Positions 1 to 9,851 of a stretch of 64,000 nucleotides of DNA are shown piece by piece. Numbering within the stretch: position 1 is the first letter of the stretch; each line of letters opens with the position of its first letter. The stretch spans positions 46,262,021-46,326,020 of the forward strand of contig NC_057719.1 of the NCBI RefSeq assembly GCF_004010195.1, written 5' to 3'. The notes beneath the pieces are model-generated. The model was not told the origin of the DNA and made no database searches. It was given only the letters and a program-made list of their open reading frames with translations. The position numbers and the translations under genes are program-made. The stretch is from Chiloscyllium plagiosum. Taxonomy: Eukaryota.

Positions 1-573
1 TGCAATGAGACATGATTAATTAATGACCTCCAAGAAAAGGAGCCCCTGAGTAGCAGTAGCAGTGATCCTAACATTGAATTTTATTTCAGAGCTGAAGGAA
101 ACAAAGAGTAGATCTAAGATTAGTATTTAACACTTAAATAAAGGCAAGTATAAGATTAGGAAGGTGGAGTGAGCTCAAATGAGCTGATAGATAACATTAA
201 AGGGTGTGCCAGCAGAGACACAATAGATGGCATTTCAGAGATATTCCACATAATAGACCATATCTTTGGTGAACAGAGAGAAAAAAGACTCTAGGAGAAG
301 GATGCATTGTTTGAGGTAAACTAAGGATGTTAAAGATTGTATTAAATCCAAATAAATATTTTACAATTAAGCTAAGATAGATATTTTCCATAATCAGACA
401 GGATCTAAAAACAATAAAGAATGATTAAATAAATGAGGGAAAATTAGACAGACAGAAAGCTATAAAAATAAATCACAAACAGGTATCCAGAGTTAAAAGA
501 GCAAAGGAAGTGAGTTCTGGAGAATTATAATACGAAATAAGAAAATTACAGAACCATTGAATTGAACCATTGT

Positions 574-893
574 GGGCGGCACGGTGGCACAGTGGTTAGC
601 ACTGCTGCCTCGCAGCGCCAGAGACCCGGGTTCAATTCCCGACTCAGGCGACTGACTGTGTGGAGTTTGCACGTTCTCCCCGTGTTTGCGTGGGTTTCCT
701 CCGGGTGCTCCGGTTTCCTCCCACAGTCCAAAGATGTGCAGGTCAGGTGAATTGGCCATGCTAAATTGCCCGTAGTGTTAGGTATAGGGGTAAATGTAGG
801 GGTATGGGTGGGTTGCGCTTCGGCGGGTCGGTGTGGACTTGTTGGGCCGAAGGGCCTGTTTCCATACTGTAATGTAATGTAATCTAATCTAAT
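574..893 (+). mobile_element. HE1-like tRNA-derived SINE, young and near intact
   Basis: Pol III A box TGGCACAGTGG 585-595, B box GGTTCAATTCC 629-639, CR1-like 3' tail (gggccgaagggcctgtttcc) ending in (taatg/taatc)n. Confidence 0.85.
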
Positions 894-1113
894 ATATTGC
901 ATCTGTCTTCACTGGAGAATCTACGTATAACATTCAGAAATAACTGCAAAGCAAGAGCTGAAGTGGGCTGTAAAAGGGATACACGTCAAAGAATTACAAT
1001 CACTAGTATAAGGGTATTGAGGAGAAAGTGAGGTCTGCAGATGCTGGAGATCAAAGTTGAAACTTTATTGCTGGAACAGCACAGCAGGTCAGGCAGCATC
1101 CAGGGAACAGAAG

Positions 1114-1149
1114 ATTCGACGTTTCGGGCACAGGCCCTTCTTCAGGAAT
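1114..1149 (-). ncRNA. Minimal type I hammerhead ribozyme motif in the PLE left arm
   Basis: Minus strand reads AUUC-CUGAAGA-A-GGGC-CUGU-GCCC-GAAA-CG-UC-GAAU. Confidence 0.8.
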
Positions 1150-1390
1150 GAGCAGAGTGTTCAGCAGGAGAAGATAAAAGGTAGGGAGGAGGGACTTGGA
1201 GGAGGGGCGTTGGAAATGTGATAGGTGGAAAGAGGTCAAGGTGAGGGTGATCGGTCAGAGTAGGATGGAGGGCACCGTCGACCACGTCGGGGGGGAAATT
1301 GCGGTCCTTGAAGAAGGAGGCCATCTGTGTTGTACGTATCCTCCACTTCCCGCTAGTGCCCTCCACCGCATCTCCTCCACTTCCCGCTAG

Positions 1391-2138
1391 TGCCCTCCAC
1401 CGCATCTCCTCCACTTCCCGCTCCTCCGCCCTTGAGCCCCGCCCCTCCAACCGCCACCAGGACAGAACCCCACTGGTCCTCACCTACCACCCCACCAATC
1501 TCCATGTACAGCGCATCATCCGCCGTCACTTCCGCCACCTCCAAACAGACCCCAGCACCAAGGATATATTTCCCTCCCCTCCCCTATCAGCTGTCCGTAG
1601 AGACCACTCCCTCCGCGACTCCCTTGTCAGATCCACACCCCCCACCGACCCAACCACCACTCCCGGCACCTTCCCTTGCAACCGCAGGAGGTGCAACACT
1701 TGCGCCCACACCTCCCCCCTCACTTCTCTCCAAGGCCCCAAAGGAAACTTCCATATCCGCCACAGATTCACCTGCACCTCCACCCACATCATCTACTGCA
1801 TCCGCTGCAGCCGGTGTGGCCTCCTCTATATTGGGGAGACAGGCCGCCTACTCGCGGAGCGACTCAGAGAGCACCTCTGGGCCACCCGGACGAACCAACC
1901 CAACCAACCTGTAGCACAGCATCTCAACTCCCCCTCCCACTCCACCGAGGATATGCAGGTCATTGGACTCATCCACCGCCAAACCACAACAACCCGACGG
2001 TCGGAGGAGGAGCGTCTTATCTTCCGACTGGGAACCCTCCAACCACAGGGGATGAACTTGGACTTCAACAGTTTCTTCACCCCCCCTCCCCCCACCTTGT
2101 CTCACCCGGATCCCTCCAGCCCGGCACCGCCTTCCTGA
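1391..2138 (+). pseudogene. C-terminal part of the PLE ORF (Cys-rich linker plus GIY-YIG endonuclease), still open
   Basis: PLVLTYHP...CNRRRCNTC...IIYCIRCSRCGLLYIGETGR...RLREH...VAQHLN...EERLIFRLGTLQPQGMN. Confidence 0.88.
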
Positions 2139-2289
2139 CCTGCAGTCTTCTTCTTGACCTCTCCGCCTCCATCCTACTCCGACCCAACACCCACACCTTG
2201 ACCTCTTTCCACCTATCACATTTCCAACGCCCCTCCTCCAAGTCCCTCCTCCCTACCTTTTATCTTCTCCTGCTGAACACTCTCTGCTC

Positions 2290-2325
2290 ATTCCTGAAGA
2301 AGGGCCTGTGCCCGAAACGTCGAAT
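2290..2325 (+). ncRNA. Minimal type I hammerhead ribozyme motif in the PLE right arm
   Basis: ATTC-CTGAAGA-A-GGGC-CTGT-GCCC-GAAA-CG-TC-GAAT: stem I ATTC/GAAT, stem II GGGC/GCCC, palindromic ACGT in place of stem III; predicted cut after C2321. Confidence 0.82.
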
Positions 2326-5300
2326 CTCCTGTTCCCTGGATGCTGCCTGACCTGCTGTGCTGTTCCAGCAATAAAGTTTCAACTATAAGGGTATTGAGTA
2401 AATTTATGGAAATAAAGGCTGATAACTCCCTAGGTCCTGATGGATCTCATCCTAGGGTCTTAAAAAAGTAAGTGATTGTTGAGACAATGGATGCATTATT
2501 GTAAATTTTCAAAAATCCACTGATTTTGGAAACTTTCCATTAGATTGGAAAACAAACTTCTCTATTCAAGTAAAAATGGAGACAGAATACATGAAACTGT
2601 AGACAAGTTAGCTTAACATCTGTCATAGGGAAAATGCTAGTCTTTATTCAGGAGGTTATAATAGGGCTCTTAGAAAATCTTAATGCAATTTGGCAGAATC
2701 ATGCAACTAATTTGAAAGGCAAATGGAATGTTGGTGTTTACTGCGAAGCGAATGGAACATAAAAGTATGGAAAATGTTGCTGCAGCTGGATAGGGGCATG
2801 ATGAGATCACATCTGGAGTACTGAGTAGTTTCAGTCTTCTTATTTGAAAAAGGATATAATTGTGTTATGCAGAGATCAGAGGGTTTCTTTGACTTATTTC
2901 GTGGGATGAACAGCTTATCCTATGAATTCATGTTGGAAAAAAAAGGGGCATATATTGATTAGAGTTTAAAGTTTTAGGAAATCCTATTGAAACATTGAGC
3001 ATCCTAAATGGCCTCGATAAGACAACAGCCGGAGGCTGTTTACCGGCGGGTGGGAATCTAGAACGAGGGGTATCAGTTTAAAAATAATAGATCTACCTTC
3101 TAACAGAGAGATGAGATTTTTCTTCTCTCTGGAGGCTTGTCAGTTTGAGGAATTTTCTTCCCTCGAAAGCACTGAAGGCTGTTATTGAATTTAGTCAAGG
3201 CAGAGTTCCTTTTTTTTTGATAGGCACGAGTGAGGATTATGGTGGCAGACAAGAAAATGGAATGAGACCATAATTAAACAAGTCTCCAGAGAGGTTGAAT
3301 GGTGGAGCTGGCTCGAAGTGCTGAATGGCCAACATCTGCTCCTACGTCCAATGAGTTAACAATTTTGTGAAAGGAAAATCTTGTTGGAACGCTTTAGTGC
3401 AATTCTTTGAGGAGGCAACACAACATTGATAAAATGGAACCTGTAGATATGATATACAGGGATTTCCAAAAAGCTTTAGGTGAGTTCAGTGTTGTGTCTC
3501 AACTATTTACAATCAGTATATTTAATGACTTGGATGAAGGGACCAAATGTACAGTTGCTAAATTTTCTGATGACACAATGATAGGTAGGAGATTGAATTA
3601 TGGGGAGGCCATAAGGACTCTGAAATGTACACGGAGAGCTTGAGTGGGCAAAAACGTTGACAGATGGAGTACAAGGTTGGAAAATATGAACTTGTCCACT
3701 CTTCAGGAGCAATAGGAAAGCTGTATATTATTTAAATGAAGAGAGACTACAGAACTCTGGTATATAGGGAGCTGAGTGCCCTGATAAAGGGATTAGAGTT
3801 AGTCTGCATGTACAGCAAATAATTAGGAAGGGCAAATGCAATGTTATTGATTGAAAGGAGAATGTTTTGCTACAGTTGTTAACAGATATGATGAAACAAA
3901 ATCTGGTGTAATATGTACAATTTTGTTTTCATTTAAAATATGAAATTGCATTTGAAACAGTGCAGAAAAGATTTACTCAGTGGATTCCTGACATGAAAGA
4001 TTCTCTTATGAGGAAAGATGAGGCAGATTGAGCTTGTACCAATCGGAGTTTAGAAGAACGAGTGGTGATCTTATTGAAATATGCAAGCTCCTGAGGGAAC
4101 TGAACAAGGTGGATGTGTCGCTATTTGGAATAGACTAGGACTAGGGAATACAGTTTAAATATAAGTGGTCTGCCATTTAAGACAGAAATGCCCTTAAGAA
4201 TTGTTAGTCAGTGGGACCTCTTCCCCAGAGACTAGTGAAGGTTGGATCATTTAATATGAGTTAACTGTCTTAACTGACAATGAAATCAAGAAGTTTAGCA
4301 ATTAGATATGAAAGTAGAAGCTACAATCAGGTCAGCATTGATCTTATTTAATGGCTGAGCAGGCTAGAAGAGTTTAATGGTCCACCCTGGTTTTAAACTT
4401 GTAGGTTTATATTAATAAATCATCCTGTTAATTGAAATATACAAATAATCATATCTCCCACACTAAAAAGTGTTATATTACAGTAATAAAACCGCTTGAT
4501 ATCAATAATCACTATACCCCTTTTCTGCCAAACTTATACGTACCAAAAATTCCAAAGTAGTCCAAAGTTACAAAAAATTATTCAGCAATAAACAAAATGA
4601 CCAGATTAAAATTAAATCCCATGTTGTGATTATTAAAATGTCAAAGGCAAACTTTGAGCGGGAGTTGAATCTCTAATAATATATTTTCCTCCAATTTTTT
4701 AGGATGATTGCTTTTCAAAAGTGTACATTTGAAATCATACATCAATTCATATAATTCAGAAATGTTAGCCTCTTGAATTCTGAGTGGAATTCTGAAGACA
4801 ATAATAAAGTTCAAATAGAAATTATTTCTGTTGTTATTCAATTCTTCAGCTATATAGTTAACAATGTGCTTCTGTGAAAAACTGAAAATGAAGTTTAATC
4901 TCATACAGGAAGGAATTAGCCCATTCTGAACTGAGAGGATAGAGTGTGGGATCGATTGTTCTACTTGGCAGCTTTCACGGACTTCATGATTTCATTCTCA
5001 AGCTCATGAGTTGGCAACCAGACAGAATTTTCAATACGGCAATGAATCTCAATGAAATGAATAATCACATTAATTATATTTCTAATAAAAACTTCCCAAA
5101 AAAAACAAAATATTGCTTCAAAAACATTTCACACATCAGATATGTATAGGTATATGCCTTTTAATGTTAAGTACTTTATTTTGAACATTGCTAATTTCCA
5201 GCTGTTGTGTACATTTCAATGATTTACATCCAGTGAGTGAATGGAGTTGGATCATTTAAGATTAAATTTTCAACGGACTCAAAGATGATAATCCACTATT

Positions 5301-6344
5301 CTGGTTTATGATTTTCACTGAAGAAACTGTTTTATTTTGGTGTGCAGAACTCATTTTCTAAAGTTATATCTAGCTCACCTCAAACATTAAATTGGAGTTT
5401 TCAATAAAAGAATGTTTTTACTTTTGTAATACTTTATATCATAAATAAATGCTTTACTCTAATTGTTAGCATACTGTATTTATTCATTCTGACGTTGGAG
5501 GAAACATCCCCCTCTTCTGGTAATATTTATAATACAGATTTTGAGAAACAAAGGTTTCTTGAAAGACTGAAGGCATCATGAAATTTCCTGCCGGATGAAT
5601 AGATCATAATTGGGTGGGTCAAATCTTGACAGAACCTCAACCCATCAAAACATTTAGTGGCATTGAGGATATTGATTTTACTGGTCAGGGTTTAAAACAT
5701 ATTCTTTCACTGACAAGGCCAGAATTTACTTATTTCTACTTGGCCTTGAGGTGGTTGAGAGCCACTTTCTTCAATGGCTGCAGTTTGTCTGATATTCGTC
5801 CTATTTGTAAGGATGGAGTACCAGGAGTTTGCTCCAGCACCAATGAAGGAGTGACAATGTAGTTAGGGCCGAGTGAGTGGCTTGCTGGGGAACTCGCAAG
5901 TGGTGGTGTTTCGCACATATTCACTATCCTTATCCTTCTAGGTGGTAGAGATCACAGATGTGGAAGGTGCAATCAAAGGAGCTTGAAGTATGTTTTGTAC
6001 GGGCACTACTGCTACCAGAGTTTGTAGCAAATGCGTTGAATGTTTAATGCAGATGTGTGCTTTACTGAAAATGTTCACGGCCATCTTATCTCTTACAGGG
6101 AAAAAAAACAAACCTTTGGCTTGAATTTGCTATTCATGGTGAGACACCAGCACATACCTGAATAGGTTCAATGGCATTTCGGACTGGAACCTGCAGTGAT
6201 TCCAGAGCTATCTGGCACAGTCCCTCTACAGGGAATCTTAGAATTTTATGAATTGGTCAAGCAATAATGCATTTCCTTAAACAATTAAATTGAAGATTAT
6301 TAATAAAATGCACAATCTGAACCAAAGGGGTAAATATTAGGGGT

Positions 6345-6435
6345 TCTCAATGTCCCTACCTTTGAGCCAAGAGGTCCAAGTTCAAGTCCGATCTGCTCCA
6401 GAGGTGTGTAATAACATTTCTGAACAGGTTGATGT
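6345..6435 (+). mobile_element. Short tRNA-like SINE fragment; a related copy lies at 49563-49650 on the minus strand
   Basis: B-box-like aagttcaagtcc followed by ctgctccagaggtgtg...tgaacaggttgat, shared in reverse with the 49563-49650 copy. Confidence 0.5.
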
Positions 6436-8848
6436 TCTCATCAATATCTACAAGACTAAGGAGGTAAACATTTAACCCCAAACCAAATTATGTACTGAAA
6501 GCAACAAGATGGAATTAAGAGGAGTGAAAGATACAGAAAGAACAAGTTACAATATTACACTTTTTATAATTAATCTCCAACAATAATTAAAATCTGACAA
6601 GGGATTGTGGCAGAATGGGTAATGTTCCTGCTGAGCCTAAAGTTCCAGGTCCAAGCTCACTCCAGAATTAGGTGGCCAAAGAAGGTGTGCTCATAACATG
6701 ACCAAACAGGTAGAGTATCAGCTTGTTAATCTTCACAATGTATGCCAATGGCAGGAAATAGGAGCAAGAGATATGCGTTGCCAGCAATGTGATGGAAAGG
6801 AAAGTTGCAGCCTCTACAATTACTATTCATAGGTCAGAGGAAAACATGTAGGTGAAAGTGCAGATTATCACAACAACTTAGACACATTAAAGAGTCATTT
6901 GGTTGGGAAGCCAATGTGACTGGTGCCAACAGCACAGGATTTGGTCCCCAATTTGGCTGGGATGAATTACGGACCTGCCTCCTTGCTCTATCCATGCTGG
7001 AGGTCACAGTGCTGTGGGTGAGGTCTGCCTTTGACTTTACCAGGAAGTTTTCAAAGTAAAAGCTTGTTCCTAACTAGTAAAGCTGAGCTGAAAGAATTAA
7101 AACATTTCTCTAAAGTGCTGAAGCTGCAGAAAATGGTCTCTTGTATGGACCTGAATACCTTCCATCAAGGGAAGGAAATGAAACCTCTCAATACTAATAT
7201 AAGTATGTTTATCTCAACATTTTAATCTTTGCCAATGCAAAACAAATTTGTATATAAACATGCCGTATGGCCTAGAAATGCAATTTACCTTAAGATGTCA
7301 AACATCTTTTCTATTGCTGTTACTCAGATCTCTTTGGCAATCACTTCCTCAAGGAGACAAAATATGGTGGGTATGGGCAGAGCTGGGCTTCCAAAGTTGG
7401 GAGTTGGCCCAAACCTCTCACTGAGCACAATGTGAAAAGACAACACTCTTTGGATAACGTTGTCTAGAGACAGAAAGTAGGGACCTAGGAGGGGAGGCCA
7501 GGAAAGGATCTTTGCATGGACTTAGACTGAAACAAAAACTTTTAATGCACTGGAATATACTGTGCAAAAATAAAATCTAAAATGAGAAGTAACAAAAGTT
7601 ACAATTGGAATGGCTATAGAATCATTACAAAGTCAAGGATTGTGGATACCAGCAGCAATCATCTTAGCTATGTTTGGAGTCGAAGACGCATTAAGGACTA
7701 AACAAGGTGACTGAAAGATTCCTTAAGACACCAATGGCTTCGACTTTTTCTGATTTGAGTCAAACAGGCAACTTGTATTTCTGACCTCTTCAACCAGACC
7801 AATGACAAACAATTCTGAATATAGCCCATAATCAAGTGTTTGGACATCATATATACAAAGCTCACTCATCCATTATAGTTACTAGAAGCACCAAGTTGGG
7901 AGATTCCTACATTAATTATAGGTAACAAGGTTTTACAATTAGGTTTTAGAAACATGGTGAGCAGCTTTCCAAAGTAACAAAGCTAGTTTGAAACCACTTA
8001 ATTTTAGGATTTGCAGTTCTCAAACAATGATTAATCTTCTTGGAAGTATTACCAGCCTCCATGCACACATGCGCCAGAAGTATTGCCATTTAGAATTACA
8101 GAGAGCAAAAGACCAGTGGCCACTTCAATGGCTATCATCCATTTTTCCCCATTTTCTATTTGTGAAATGCTTAAATTGTCTAAAATGATAGTGTTGCAGA
8201 CTCAACTTGGATGCATAATTTTCTTCAGTTTCATTTTGTGGTTTCTTAATTCATGTGTAGAAAAACAATGCATCAATTCAGAGTATTTCTTGAGATTATT
8301 TACAAAAGATTCTATGCTTTATCTTATTTGGAGATTGTTTGAAATCTGATCTGTGGCTGTGGATAGATCAAAGGCAGCAAATAATACGCTCACCAGAAAG
8401 ACCTGATGTACATTTTGAATCAAACCAGCCAGATTAAAAGATTTTAAATTAAAAATGAACCGGTTATCAGAGAATAATTTTGAGCTCAGCAGATAATTTA
8501 TTCCTTTCATTTGTCAAATAATCATGGCAAATGTGAAAAAAAAAATAAAATATTGAAGTGTTTAATCATTTGGTAGTATAAAAATTAAGATACTTGGGGA
8601 GTTTTCTGAAAATGCCCGATTACCAGACAAAAAATTGTTAAATTACAATGTTTTGAGAATTACGCCTTGAAATTTGGAGAAGTGGAAGAGGGCTTGAATG
8701 TTGAAAAGTATTACGAAGGAAGGTCTGAAAATGACCTCAGCCTGGTTTAAATGGTTTCAGCATTAAATGGTTGAGATAAAAACGTTTCAGCAGCGACATC
8801 TGAAATTACACGGCATCAACCACTTGGTGTTATAAAACCACCAGGGCT

Positions 8849-9645
8849 TTTATTGACAAAAAAAATGCAAAGCACTAAGAGAATGACATTGCAATGTCTT
8901 CTGCACTATATAATAGGCAAAAGTGAGGACCGCAGATACTGGAAACCAGAGTTTAGATCAGCATGGTGCTGGAAAAACACAGCAGGTCAGGCAGCATCTG
9001 AGGAGCCGTGGATGCTGCCTGATCTGCTGCACTTTTCCAGCACCACACTGATCTAAACCCTGCACTATACAACAGCACAGTGAAGCAAAACAGTTGTGGC
9101 AAAATTTAAAAAAATACACAAATCAACAAAAAAGTGAAAAACTTTGTATTAACATAAGTATAAGCACCAAACTTCTTTTTTTATACTTCAAATGTGTAAA
9201 CAGTTCATTGTTAGCCACACTGACTAGCTGTAAGATATCACTGGAGATATAAAGTGCAAACTTCATGTCAACATTCTTAGGAGGTTATACTAGTACAAAA
9301 CATTATTAGTATCTGGATATGGTTTGCACATTTGAAACATAAATAAAAATTAAAGTTTATAACATTATAAGCTCCAGCCTCAATGTTAGTATTAACCTTA
9401 GTTTGCCATAATTGTAAAGAAGTATTTTACATATTTATTATACAGTGAATAATGACAACTTGTTAAAGAGTAGGAAAAGAACAGGTTTGACTCTAATCTG
9501 AGTACTTTATTTAGAAATAGGTTGCTCGTACTTCCAATATTCATTGTGGATTTTAGAAAATAAATAAAAAACACAAACAAAGCTGCGATTCCCTTTGTTT
9601 TCATTGCACTTTAAGCAGGAGTAACAACAGTCTCTATACAGTTCG
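8849..9645 (-). promoter_or_regulatory. Putative DDHD1 3'UTR with candidate AATAAA signals at 9511-9506, 9439-9434 and 8854-8849
   Basis: Follows the stop codon; U-rich on the minus strand. The true 3' end cannot be determined and may lie further out. Confidence 0.5.
8916..9059. mobile_element. PLE-derived fold-back mini-element
   Basis: 48-bp inverted arms 8951-8998 / 9011-9058 (6 mismatches), 35-nt unpaired tail, TSD ctgcactatataata 8901-8915 / ctgcactatacaaca 9060-9074. Confidence 0.85.
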
Positions 9646-9851
9646 TCACTTGTGTGGAGATTCTCCTGGAAATCTGATGTCTTCTGATTGGTCGACACCA
9701 ACAGGTGGTCTCTGTGTGTACAAAAATGATAGGAGGAAAAGAGCGACGTCTAGAGATGACCAATAAGAAGTGTGTGATGTTACTGCAGACCAATACCTGC
9801 TTTCCACAAGGCCCTCCCGCAGTTCAAAATCAAGGCGATGCTCTAACTCCA
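9646..9851 (-). CDS. DDHD1: DDHD1 last coding exon, [41 protein letters not shown]...SPHK*
   Basis: ctgttag acceptor, conserved DDHD C-terminal motif, TGA at 9648-9646. Confidence 0.95.

Larger units (their letters stand above)
1022..2383 (+). mobile_element. Penelope-like retroelement (Neptune-like), 5'-truncated, with an inverted pseudo-LTR
   Basis: GIY-YIG endonuclease frame; ~215-bp inverted arms (1055-1271 vs 2166-2383); perfect 15-bp TSD TATAAGGGTATTGAG at 1007-1021 and 2384-2398. Confidence 0.92.
1..4410 (+). mobile_element. Decayed CR1-clade LINE pieces (two tandem fragments) interrupted by a SINE and a PLE
   Basis: CR1 RT remnants (SLGPDGSHPRVLK at ~2430; DFQKAL and AKFSDDT at 3460-3575) and CR1-like 3' ends near 3340 and 4400. 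Confidence 0.75.

Noticed and set aside
574..645. tRNA gene
   Set aside because: The A and B boxes continue into a SINE body and LINE-like tail found in several other copies in the window
1142..2350. Many overlapping ORFs on both strands (174, 224, 123 aa etc.)
   Set aside because: Shadow frames of the C-rich PLE; only the GIY-YIG frame has recognisable motifs
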